Below, in pieces: positions 52,177 to 63,421 of a DNA stretch of 64,000 nt. The DNA comes from Malacoraja senta. Taxonomy: Eukaryota. Below the pieces are notes generated by a model. That model had not been told where the DNA came from. It ran no database searches and was given only the letters and a program-made list of their open reading frames with translations. Positions within the stretch are counted from its first letter, which is position 1; each line of letters starts with the position of its first letter. The stretch is from positions 7,318,001-7,382,000 of the forward strand of contig CM075995.1 in assembly GCA_038087875.1 (NCBI GenBank), in the 5' to 3' direction. The position numbers were made by a program, and so were the translations under genes.

Positions 52177-52917
52177 TGTGCCTCGCCAACAGTCTGTCTG
52201 TCTTTTCCTCTTTTTTTAAATTATTTTTTGTGTGTTTTTAAAGTTTGTGTTAGTGTTCTCTGGTTTGTTTTATGTGGGGGTTGGGGGAGGGGGTCGGGGG
52301 AAAGTTATTTTCAGTCTCTTACCTTGCCGGAGATGCGACTGTTTTCCGGGTCGTATCTCCGGTCACTCTGCGGCCTAACATCGTGGAGCTGGAGGCCTTG
52401 CTCGGTACAGACTTTGAGCCCCACCATGGGGCCGTGGACTTACCATCGGAGCCTGCGATCCCTTGCCTGGGATCGACGCGGCCTGTGGATTTCACCATCG
52501 AGGAGCTCGCGGTCTCGGGTAGAGACCGATGTAGGGAGCTCCAAACGACGCAGAAGGTTTCGTCCACCCGGGGTCCGATCGCCCGGCGCGGGGGAGCTGA
52601 GATTCCCCCCCCCCCGATGCAGGAGCTTGATCGCCCCAACGCGAGGACCCAAACGCCGCCGGCTACAGGAGCCAAGATCGTCCCGTCAACGGAAGGTTCC
52701 AGGCTCCCGACCGCGGGAGAACAAAGAAGGGAAGGGATTTTCCGCCTTCCATCACAGTGGGGGATGTGGAGGAGTCACTGTGGTGGATGTTCATGTTAAA
52801 ATGTATTTTGTGTGATCTGTTGACCATTATTGGTATGACTGTCTGGCAAATGAAATTTCTCGTACGTTGCAACATATACTTGGCTAATAAAGTATAATTA
52901 TGATTATGATTATGATT
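52177..52917 (+). mobile_element. GC-rich non-coding retroposon-like repeat with AATAAA and (TTATGA)n tail
   Basis: Second copy at 22274-22668 (-). Simple-repeat tail as in LINE-mobilised elements. No recognisable ORF. Confidence 0.65.
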
Positions 52918-53311
52918 GTTCTTCCTCCTTCGTTCAGCACGGTTTCATGCTTCCACCCTGGAGCGGAGACTGATTAAGCCTGTGTAGTCTTGCCAATGTG
53001 TGTTGTCGGTAGTGCTTGATCGGACCTGTCTCTGGGTGACTGTGGTGCGGTGTACTCGTTCAAAGAGACAAAACCAGACCGATTAAGGTTGTGTAAGAAG
53101 GAACCGTCTGAAGAAGGGTCTCCACCCGAAACGTCACCCATTCCTTCTCTCCAGAGATGCTGCCTGTCCCACTGAGTTACTCCGGCATTGTGTGTCTATG
53201 ATAGTCCCGGGATGGCGGGACTGTCATATGTTGATAGATTGGAGCGGCTGGGCTTGTATGCTCTGGAATTTAGAAGGATGAGAGGGTATCTTATTGAAAG
53301 ATATAAGATTA

Positions 53312-53847
53312 CTAGACTAAGTGGGACCCGTTGGGTCCCTGCATCACACGGGAGTGCTGGTCCCCCAACGCAATATTCCACCTCTCCACCAATTCCAATA
53401 TTGGTGGCCAGTGGGGGGGGGGGGGGGGGCTTTCTGGAGCGCTAGTATGGGTGTTGTGGGCTGAAGGGACTGGTTTCCAGAGGGCTAGTATGGACAGTGT
53501 GGGCCGAATGGATTCTTGGGCTGGCGGCTCAGTCACTCAAGCCTGTTGTGCTGGCAGCTCACTCACTCACGGCTGGTGGGCTGGCAGTTGACTCACGGCT
53601 ATTCCTTGAGTGAATTCCATTTCAAGCAGGTTGCAAGGCCACCAAATTCAAGTGCAGTTTCATACCACTTCAAGCACGGTGCAAGCCACCAAATTGAAGT
53701 GCAGTTTCATACCATTTCAAGCAGGGTGCAACACCACCAAATTCAAGTGCAGTTTCATACCATTTCAAGCAGGGTGCAAGGCCACTAAAGACAGCGAGTC
53801 GTGACCACTCCCGGTGAAAACGGTGAGAAAACGGTGAGAGAAAACGG
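53312..53847 (-). mobile_element. Non-autonomous Helitron-like element (3' end at 53312) with internal ~48-bp tandem repeat
   Basis: Minus strand ends GGGACCC-AAC-GGGTCCC hairpin, ACTTAGT, CTAG|T. Repeats of CACCAAATTCAAGTGCAGTTTCATACCATTTCAAGCAGGGTGCAA at ~53617-53785. Confidence 0.65.
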
Positions 53848-54992
53848 TGAATTATAGACCAGTTAGCCTTACATCGGTAGTGGGGAAGATGCTGGTGTGG
53901 ATTATTAAAGATGTTATAGCAGCGCATTTGGAAAGCAGTGACAGGATCGGTCAAAGCCAGCATGGATTTGTGAAGGGCAAATCATGCTGGACTAATCTTC
54001 TGGATTTTTTTGAGGATGTAACAAGTAGAATGGATAAGGTAGAGCCAGTGGATGTGGTGTTTCTGGACTTTCAAAAAGCCTTTGACAAGGTCCCACACAA
54101 GAGATTAGTGGGCAAAATTAGAGCACATGGTATTGGGGGTAGGGTATTGACATGGATAGAGAACTGGTTGGCAGACAGGAAGCAAAGAGTAGGAATTAAC
54201 AGATCATTTTCAGAATGGCAGGCAGTGACGAGCTGCAAGGCTCGGTGCTGGGACCCCAGTTGTTTACAATATATATTAATGATTTAGACGAGGGAATTAA
54301 ATGTAACATCTCTAAGTTTGCGGATGACACAAAACTGGGTGGCAGTGTGAGCTGTGAGGAGGATGCTATGAGGCTGCAGGGTGACTTGGATAGTGGGCAG
54401 ATAGTCGGTGAGTGGGCAGAAGCATGGCAGATGCAGTTTAATGTGGATAAATGTGAGGTTATCCACTTTGGTGGCAAGAACAGGAAGGCAGATTATTATC
54501 TAAATGGTGTCAGATTAGGAAAAGGGGAGGTACAACGAGATCTGGGTGTGCTTGTACATCAGTCACTGAAAGTAAGCATGCAGGTACAGCAGGCAGTGAA
54601 GAAAGCTAATGGCATGTTGGCCTTCATTGCGAGAGGATTTGAGTTCAGGAGCAAGGAGGTCCTACTGCAGTTGTACAGGGCCCTGGTGAGACGAGACCTG
54701 GTATATAGTGTGCAGTTTGGGTCTCCTAATTTGAGGAAGGACATTATTGCTATTGAGGGAGTGCAGCGTAGGTTCACCAGGTTAATTCCTGGGATGGCGG
54801 GACTGACGTATGATGAAAGAATGGGTCGACTGGGCTTGTATTCACTGGAATTTAGAAGGATGAGAGGATATCTTATAGAAACATATAACATTCCTAGAGG
54901 ATCGGACAGGGCAGATGCAGGAAAAATGTTTCCGATGTTGGGGGAGTCCAGATCCAGGGGCCACAGTTTAAGAAGAAGGGGTAGGACTGAGA
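53848..54992 (+). mobile_element. CR1 LINE RT fragment
   Basis: ORFs 53847-54287 and 54215-55000 (YRPVSLTS, DFQKAFDKVPH, FADDTKL). Confidence 0.93.
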
Positions 54993-55654
54993 TGTTGTGA
55001 GGCAAATTAAACTTTTACACTACTCGTAATTTACTTAACTTCATTTAAGCAACTCATTTCTGTAATACATAAACACAGAAACGTCTGGCAAACATGGCTG
55101 ATTCCGCCGGCCTTTCCTGCCCGAAAAACCCCGCACATGTGCCCACTTCAGGAATCAAGGGATATGGGGGGAAAGCCGGAACTGGGGGCTGGTATGGTAT
55201 TTGATGATTTGGGATGGTATTTGGATGATTTTGGATGGTATTTGGATGATTTTGGATGATTTTGGATGAAGGGGTCACAGTTTAAGGATAAGGGGGAAGT
55301 CTTTTGAGAAAAAAAAAAAATCACACAGAGAGTGGTGAATCTGTGGAATTCTCTGCCACAGAAGGTAGTTGAGGCCAGTTCATTGGCTATATTTAAGAGG
55401 GAGTTAGATGTGGCCCTTGTGGCTAAAGGGATCAGGGGGTATGGAGAGAAAGCAGGTACAGGATACTGAGTTGGATGATCAGCCATGATCATATTGAATG
55501 GCAGGTTCGAAGGGCCGAATGGCCTACTCCTGCACCTCTTTTTATATGTTTCTATGCTGGTTTATACCAAAGATAGACACAAAGTGCTGGAGTAACTCGC
55601 TGAGTAACCCCATCACTTGGTGTCTATCTTTGACAATAAAACTCTTTGAGCCTT

Positions 55655-55890
55655 TTTTCCCCCCACAGATGCTGCCTGACCCACTGAGTTACTCCAGCAT
55701 TTGTCTCTGTGTGTGTGTGTATTTTCCCCACAGATGCTGCCTGACCCACTGAGTTACTCCAGCATCTGTGTGTGTGTGTGTGTGTTTTCCCCACAGATGC
55801 TGCCTGACCCACTGAGTTACTCCAGCATCTGTGTGTGTGTGTGTGTGTTTTCCCCACAGATGCTGCCTGACCCACTGAGTTACTCCAGCA

Positions 55891-55923
<33 letters not shown>

Positions 55924-56326
55924 TTCCCCCACAGATGCTGCCTGACCCACTGAGTTACTCCAGCATCTGTGTGTGTGTGTGTGTGTGTGTATTTTCCCCA
56001 CAGATGCTGCCTGACCCACTGAGTTACTCCAGCATCTGTGTGTGTGTGTGTGTGTGTGTGTATATTTTCCCCCACAGATGCTGCCTGACCCACTGAGTTA
56101 CTCCAGCATCTGTGTGTGTGTGTGTGTGTGTGTATTTTCCCCACAGATGCTGCCTGACCCACTGAGTTACTCCAGCATCTGTGTGTGTGTGTGTGTGCGT
56201 GTGTGTGTGTATTTTCCCCACAGATGCTGCCTGACCCACTGAGTTACTCCAGCATCTGTGTGTGTGTGTGTGTGTGTGTGTATTTTCCCCCACAGATGCT
56301 GCCTGACCCACTGAGTTACTCCAGCA

Positions 56327-56365
<39 letters not shown>

Positions 56366-56604
56366 TTCCCCCACAGATGCTGCCTGACCCACTGAGTTAC
56401 TCCAGCATCTGTGTGTGTGTGTGTGTGTGTGTATTTTCCCCACAGATGCTGCCTGACCCACTGAGTTACTCCAGCATTTGTGTGTGTATTTTCCCCCACA
56501 GATGCTGCCTGACCCACTGAGTTACTCCAGCATCTGTGTGTGTGTGTGTGTGTGTGTGTATTTTCCCCCACAGATGCTGCCTGACCCACTGAGTTACTCC
56601 AGCA

Positions 56605-56653
<49 letters not shown>

Positions 56654-56890
56654 TTTCCTCACAGATGCTGCCTGACCCACTGAGTTACTCCAGCATCTGT
56701 GTGTGTGTGTGTGTGTGTGTGTGTATTTCCCCCACAGATGCTGCCTGACCCACTGAGTTACTCCAGCATCTGTGTGTGTGTGTGTGTTTCCCCCACAGAT
56801 GCTGCCTGACCCACTGAGTTACTCCAGCATCTGTGTGTGTGTGTGTTTTTTCCCCACAGATGCTGCCTGACCCACTGAGTTACTCCAGCA

Positions 56891-56933
<43 letters not shown>

Positions 56934-56975
56934 TTCCCCCACAGATGCTGCCTGACCCACTGAGTTACTCCAGCA

Positions 56976-57014
<39 letters not shown>

Positions 57015-57141
57015 TTCCCCCACAGATGCTGCCTGACCCACTGAGTTACTCCAGCATCTGTGTGTGTGTGTGTGTTTTCCCCACAGATGCTGCCTGACCC
57101 ACTGAGTTACTCCAGCATCTGTGTGTGTGTGTGTGTGTGTA
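55655..57141. repeat. Composite minisatellite: 21 units of a constant ~45-bp core plus variable (TG)n
   Basis: Unit TTTTCCCCACAGATGCTGCCTGACCCACTGAGTTACTCCAGCATC(TG)n; 21 cores counted. Confidence 0.95.
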
Positions 57142-57453
57142 TTTGTCCCCAGCAGTAGCTCCCACCCCGTGTGTTTTGTGTAAACAGCGAGACAGCTGGT
57201 TTCCAGACCTCCATGATATTGTGTGTTCTAGGAAAACAAAACCTAACGAAGTGAAAGCAATAGAGAGAGAGAGACGTGTTGTTTACGCGACTGGTCTCTG
57301 CTGCGCATTGAGCCCAGGACCAGATCCACTCTGATCTTCACCTTGAACAGACGTGTGTGTGTGTGTGTGTGAGTGTGAGTGTGTGAGTGAGTGTGTGAGT
57401 GAGTGAGTGTGTGAGTGAGTGTGTCAGTGGCGCTCTCAGTAAAAGCAGCCACC
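57142..57453 (+). promoter_or_regulatory. Putative CD83 proximal promoter / 5'UTR
   Basis: Unique sequence directly upstream of a GCCACCATG Kozak start. IRF-like GAAGTGAAAG at ~57248-57257. (GT)/(GAGT) repeat at 57352-57424. Confidence 0.5.
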
Positions 57454-57502
57454 ATGAAGAAGCTGGGACTCAGCGCTCTCCACCTCTTCATGTTGCAGCC
57501 TG
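57454..57502 (+). CDS. CD83: CD83-like exon 1 (signal peptide)
   Basis: GCAGCCACCATG Kozak. MKKLGLSALHLFMLQP+G, donor G|gtattt, phase 1 matching the exon at 63240. Confidence 0.72.
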
Positions 57503-57769
57503 GTATTTATTATTCTATTATGTTTTTCTGTCCGCTATTACTATTCTATTATGTTCTTTGCACGCTTTTATTATCCTCCTGCATTTGCTCAACTCCTGAT
57601 ACGTTGCTTGAGTTCCCTTTGTTAGTGCAAACCTTCACCAGCCTTGCATTGCACACTAGTCTGCTGGAGCTGCAAACACACACAGGAACCTGGACACAAA
57701 CGGCTGGAGTAACTCAGCGGGTCAGGAGTTGTTGTTTTTTTGGAATTCATTTTATTAGAAGCAATTAGA

Positions 57770-58833
57770 TACATAGATACATCGAAAATAGGTGCAGGAG
57801 TAGGCCATTCGGCCCTTCAATATGATCATGGCTGATCATCCAACTCAGTATCCTGTACCTGCCTTCTCTCCATACCCCCTGATCCCTTTAGCCACAAGGG
57901 CCACATCTAACTCCCTCTTAAATATAGCCAATGAACTGGCCTCAACTACCTTCTGTGGCAGAGAGTTCCACAGATTCACCACTCTCTGTGTGAAAAGGTT
58001 TTTCCTCATCTCGGTCTTAAAAGACTTCCCCCTGTCCCCCACAATCAAAATGTGGATTATAGAAATGACGGAGACCTTAAACGTGGAAAGAATCAGATTT
58101 TCCCTGTTGGACAAACAGGAATTATTCGTTGGAACATGGTCTCCCTTTATTGATTATTTAAAGGGTCAGAATGGTTCAGCACAGGAACCTGACTAATACT
58201 CGGGCTAAAGAATGGATGAAATGCTATACTCTGAAATGTACGAATATATCTCGAATGAAGTTTTTTATTTTAATAAATTTTTCCATTCTTCTTTAACTAT
58301 CTTTCTCTCTTTTTAAATTTTTTTTTTTTTTTTTTTTCTCTTTTTCTTCTCTCTCTCTTTTCTTTCTTTACTTCAGCTAGCTTTTTAGTTCTATCTAGTT
58401 TTTAAAAAAAAGGCAAAAGGTATTGGAGACAATGTAATAATAATTGATAATATTATCAATTTAAAAATGTAAGATTGTAATGATGTTAATAGGTTGTGTA
58501 CTTATCTCCAATAAAAAATATTTTCAAAAAAAAAAAAAAAAAAAGACTTCCCTCTTATCCTTAAGCTGTGACCCCTTGTCCTGGACTTCCCCAACATCGG
58601 GAACAATCTTCCTGCATCTAGCCTGTCCAACCCCATAAGAATTTTGTACGTTTCTATAAGATCCCCTCTCAATCTCCTAAATTCTAGCGAGTATAAGCCA
58701 AGTCTATCCAGTCTTTCTTCATATGAAAGTCCTGACATCCCAGGAATCAGTCTGGTGAACCTTCTCTGCACTCCCTCTATGGCTATAATGTCCTTCCTCA
58801 GATTTGGAGACCAAAACTGTACGCAATACTCCA
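57770..58833 (-). mobile_element. CR1 3' fragment split by an L1 insertion
   Basis: CR1 parts at 57770-58032 and 58543-58833. AAAGACTTCCC duplicated at both junctions. Confidence 0.85.
58033..58542 (+). mobile_element. L1-clade 3' end with poly(A) tail
   Basis: PTIKMWIIEMTETLNVERIRFSLLDKQELFVGTWSPFIDYLK; AATAAA and A-tail; TSD. Confidence 0.82.
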
Positions 58834-59884
58834 AAAGTTTATTGGCCAAGTATTCACATACAAGGAATTTGCCTTGGTGCTCCGACCCCCTCAAGTAACA
58901 ACATGACATACAGTGACAGTTCCGAATGACTCAGAAAACACTAAACATTAATAATAATAAGACATGAATGATAAAACGCCATCGATCAAGCATGTGAACC
59001 AACAAAATACCAGATCAAAGGGAGGCTACAGTATTTTTGGCTGTTGAGTAGAGCAACTACTCGTGGAAAACGAAAAAAAAGAGAATGAAGAAACTAAAAG
59101 AAAGAAAAGAAAAGACCCCTAAACTACCAAAGAAGTGCAAGAGGAAAGGAAAGAAAAGAAATAAGGAAAGAGAAGTTGGAGATACCCTCCCCCCCCCCCT
59201 CATCCATCCCTGGCATCAGTTTAAAATTTGTGTTGCAAAAATTCAGTGAAAGGTGACCATGTTTTGAGAAATTGATCTGCATTTTCAGCCTAGACAAGCC
59301 TAATGTTTTCTCAATGTAGTGTCTTGGACATCTGCGGGTCAGGAGTTACTCCAGCTCTTTGTGTCCACGGTTTAAACCAGCGTCTGTCTGCTGTTCCTTC
59401 GCATACACAGCTGGAAACACTCAAGTCGTATTGCAGTTATATAATAAGACTGTGGTGGTGAGGCCACATTGTGCTCAGTTCTGGACACTGATGTTGCAGG
59501 AAAGATGTTGTCAAGCTGGAAAGGGTGCAGAGATGATTTGCCAGGATGTCGCCAGGACTAGAGGGGGTCTGAGCTACACACTCGTCTGATGAAGGGTCCC
59601 GACCCGAAACGTCACCCATTCTTCCTTCCCTCCAGAGATGCTGCCTGTCCCAGGTACACAAAAATGCTGGAGAAACTCAGCGGGTGCAGCAGCATCTATG
59701 GAGCGAAGGAAATAGGCAACGTTTCGGGCCGAAACCCTTCTTCAAACGAGTGTAACCTGCCTGCCTGTCCCGCTGAGTTACTCAGCATTTCGTGTCTATC
59801 TTTGAGCTATAGGGAGAGGGTTGAGCAGGCTGGGACTCTATTCCTTGGAGCGCAGGAGGGTGAGGGGGTGATTTTCAAGAGGTG

Positions 59885-60555
59885 CAGGGGCGGAAAACCC
59901 GGGGGGGACAGAGGGGACACGTCCCCCCCATGTTTTGAGTGGCGGGGGACATCCCCCCCAAGTTTTTGTGCTCCGTATTTTAAAATCTCCGCTTTCCACG
60001 AGACAGTGGGGGTGGGACTGATGATCGAGGGCGCTGATTGGACGAGAGAGACGTCGGGACATGATTCAGCACGATGATCGGAGGAGGGAGACGTGGCACA
60101 GACCTGCGCTTCATCCGCAGGTAGCCAGGATCGATCCCGGCCGGGTCTCCGGCGCTGTCCCGTCCCCACCTGAGTACCCCCCCCCTGTGGGTGGCCAGAG
60201 AGGTCGGGAGCAAACATCCTCCGCTATGGGATCTTTGGTCAGCAGTCAGACTGGCCAGCGCAGAGAAACAGCGCTAAACCCAGCTAACTCTACCTGTCCC
60301 GCCAGGTGAGGTTACAACCCTTCCTGGGCTTGCGGGAAATATGGCCAGCGCGGAGAAGCAATGCTGATATCCCGTCAGTCCAGGCAGGGCTGTAGGTTAA
60401 CCCGGTGAGACAGGCAGTTGAGCTGCATTTAGTGCTGGATTGAGCCTCCGAAGCCTCGCGCGCTTGCGTGTGTGTGAGTGTGCGCATGTGCGCGCGGCCG
60501 CCAAAAAATTGTGTCCCCCGTCCCCTCCATGTTTTGATAGCGAGTTCCGCTCTTG
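59885..60555. mobile_element. Non-autonomous hAT-like DNA element nested in CR1
   Basis: 8-bp TSD AAGAGGTG (59877-59884) / TAGAGGTG (60556-60563). Imperfect TIR CAGGGGCGGAA / TTCCGCTCTTG. Subterminal GGGGAC/GTCCCC motifs. Confidence 0.72.
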
Positions 60556-61379
60556 TAGAGGTGTACAAAATCATGAGAGGAATACACCAGGTGGAGATGC
60601 ACAGAGTCTCTTGCCCAGAGTAGGCGAATTAAGGACCAGAGGACATGGGTTTAAAGTGAAGGGGAAAAGATTTAATAGGAATCTGAGGGATAACCTTTTT
60701 TCTACAAGGGGTGGTGGGTGTATGGACCAAGCTGCTAGAGGAGGTAGTTGAGGCTGGGACTTAACGCTTAAGAAACATTTAGACAGGAACTTGGATAGGA
60801 CAGGCTTAGAGGTAAGATAGACACAGAGTAACTCAGCGGGTCAGGCAGCATCTGTGGAGAACATGGATAGGTGACATTTCACAGAGTGCTGGAGTAACTC
60901 AGCGGGTCAGGCAGCATCTGTGGAGAACATGGATAGGTGACGTTTCGGGTCGGGACCCTTCTTCAGACCAGAAATGTCACCCATCCTTTTACTCCAGAGA
61001 TTCTGCCTGACCCGCTGAGTCACTCCAGCACTCTTGTGTCCATCTTCATTATGAACCAGCATCTGCAGTTCTGTACCAAGAACACACAGGGTCCCAGCAG
61101 GGTTGGGGGGGTGGGGGTTGAAGGTTGTGAAGAGGGCCTATGGGGACTGTAATAATTACTTTTGTATCTTTGTCAGTGTAAGATACGTGGTGACTCTTTG
61201 TGTACTTTGAGCATTGTATGTAAAACAAAGAATTCCACTGTACCTGGGTACATGTCACAATAAAGTATCATTGAATCATTGTTTATGCATGCTGTCTGAC
61301 CCGCTGAGTTACTCCAGCACTTTGTGACTGTGTATTAATCAGCATCTGCAGTTCTTTCTTTCTACATTGATGGGGGGTA

Positions 61380-62000
61380 TTTAGTTTCGAGATACAGCGC
61401 GGAAACAGGCCCACCGGGTCCGCGCCGACCAGCGATCCCCGCACACTGACACTATCCTACACCCACTAGGGACAATTTAAAAAAAAACATTTACTAAGCC
61501 AATTAACCTACAAACCTGTAAGTCTTTGGAGTGTGGGAGGAAACCGGAGATCTCGGAGAAAACCCACGCAGGTCACGGGGAGAAGGTACAAACTCCGTAC
61601 AGATAGCGCCCGTAGTCGGGATCGAACCCGGGTCTCTGGCGCTGTTCGCTGTAAGGCAGCAACTCTACCGTTGCGCCTGTAATATCTGATTTGACGTATA
61701 AACCAGCATCTGCTGCATGGGTGGTGCAGCGGTAGAGTTGCTGCCTCACAGCGCCAGAGACCCGGGTTCCATCCTGACTACGGGTGCTTGTCTGTACGGA
61801 GTTTGCACGCTCTCCCCATAACCTGCGTGGGTTTTCTCCGGGCGCTCCGGTTTCCTCCCGCACTCCAAAGACGTGCAGGCTTGTGGGATTAATTGGCATC
61901 GGTAAAATTGTACATTGACCCTGGTGTGTGTAGGACAGTGTTAGTGTGCAGGGATCGCTGGTCGGTGGGAAATTCGATGGGCCGAAGGGCCTGTTTCCGT
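61380..62000. mobile_element. Two HE1-like V-SINEs, head to head
   Basis: Minus copy 61380-61677, plus copy 61718-62000. Confidence 0.78.
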
Positions 62001-62589
62001 GCATAGGTTCCGAGGGAATGTGTGGGGTGGAACTGCAGACGCTGGTTCAAACCGAAGACAAACCGAACTCAGCGGGTCAGGCAGCAACTCTGGTGAAAAG
62101 GAATAGGTGACGTTTCGGATTGAGTCTGAAGAAGGGTCTTGACCCGAAACTTCACCTCTTCCTTTTCTCCAGAGATGACCAGTTGACTTACTCCAACGTT
62201 TTATGTCTGTTGCAGGTTTGGAGGGATATGGGCCAAACGCAGGCAGGTGGGACTAGTGTAGATAGGGTGGGTGTGGACAATAGACAATAGGTGCAGGAGT
62301 AGGCCATTCGGCCCTTCGAGCCAGCACCGCCATTAAATGTGATCATGGCTGATCATCACCAATCAGTACCCCGTTCCTGCCTTCTCCCCATATCCACTGA
62401 CTCTAGCTCTCTCTTGAAAGCATCCAGAGAACCTGCCTCCACCGCCCCTCTGAGGCAGAGAATTCCACAGACTCACCACTCTCTGTGTGAAAAAGTGTTT
62501 CCTCGTCTCCGTTCTAAATGTCTTACTCCTTATTCTTAACCTGCTTATTCTTAAACTTCGGGTGGTTGGGCCGAAGGGCCTGTTTCGAC

Positions 62590-63085
62590 GGGCACCCGAA
62601 AAAGGGACCACATCACCCCCGATCCTGGCCCCTCTCCACTGGCTCCCTGTGCGGTTCCGTATAAACTTCAAGATCCTCCTCCATGCCTACAAAGCCCTCA
62701 ATGGGCTTGCCCCCACCTACATAAAAAGTCTCCTCACCCACCACTCCACCTCCAGGCCCCTCAGATCGGCTGACTTGGGGTTGCTGAATATCCCGCGGTC
62801 TAGGCATAAGCTCAGGGGCGATCGCGCCTTTGCGGTTGCAGCTCCTAGACTGTGGAACAGCATCCCCCTTCCCATCAGAACTGCCCCCTCCATCGACTCT
62901 AAGTCAAGACTAAAGACTTATCTATACTCCCAAGCCTTTCCTGACGTCCTCTGAGTGAGGGCTACATGTATATATGTATATAGTTTGTTTTGTTCGTGCT
63001 ATTCTTATAACAAATGTAAAGCACTTTGGCCAACGAGAGTTGTTTTTTAAATGTGCTATATAAATAAATGTGACTTGACTTGACT
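62590..63085 (+). mobile_element. L2-clade LINE 3' fragment
   Basis: PILAPLHWLPVRFRINFKILL...GDRAFAVAAPRLWNSIP; AATAAA and (TGACT)n tail. Confidence 0.88.
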
Positions 63086-63239
63086 CCATGCTGATTCACT
63101 CTATGACCCTGGCTGTGGTCCCATTATGCTATTACAATTGGAATGCCTGTACATAAGCCTTAAATGGTCTGATTCCTCACTGTGTGACTCTGTGACTCCA
63201 TGACAATGCCCCTAACCTGTGAATGTTTCACTGTTGCAG

Positions 63240-63367
63240 CCGTGCTGTTCGCTCTGAGCACAGAACATACAACGGAAATTTATGTCGAGTTGGGCAAGAG
63301 AGTGGTGTTGCCTTGTGATGCGCACGAGAAGCGGGAGGTTGGCTACAGCGCTATCAGTTGGTACAAG
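63240..63367 (+). CDS. CD83: CD83-like exon 2 (N-terminal half of Ig V domain)
   Basis: Acceptor tttcactgttgcag, donor AAG|gtaaag, 128 nt (phase 1 to 0). AVLFALSTEHTTEIYVELGKRVVLPCDAHEKREVGYSAISWYK has the B-strand Cys and C-strand Trp and resembles CD83 EV.V.C..DV.LPC.A......Y..VSW.K. Confidence 0.75.
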
Positions 63368-63421
63368 GTAAAGACAACCACAGCGGGTGCTGTCTGTACG
63401 GAGTTTGCACGATCTCCCCGT

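Noticed and set aside
55190..55270. ATTTGGATG-like short tandem repeat as telomere-like or functional array
   Set aside because: Not TTAGGG; looks like local slippage of a CR1 3' UTR motif.
55624..56675. HT-rich and CV-rich repetitive ORFs
   Set aside because: Translations of (TG)n/(CA)n minisatellite units.
55655..57141. CRISPR-like array (constant palindromic repeat plus variable spacers)
   Set aside because: Spacers are only (TG)n of varying length, there are no cas genes, the context is vertebrate and the core derives from a retroelement.
57415..57768. 117-aa hydrophobic ORF as a single-exon membrane protein
   Set aside because: Read-through of the leader exon into T-rich intron; a phase-compatible donor is at 57502.
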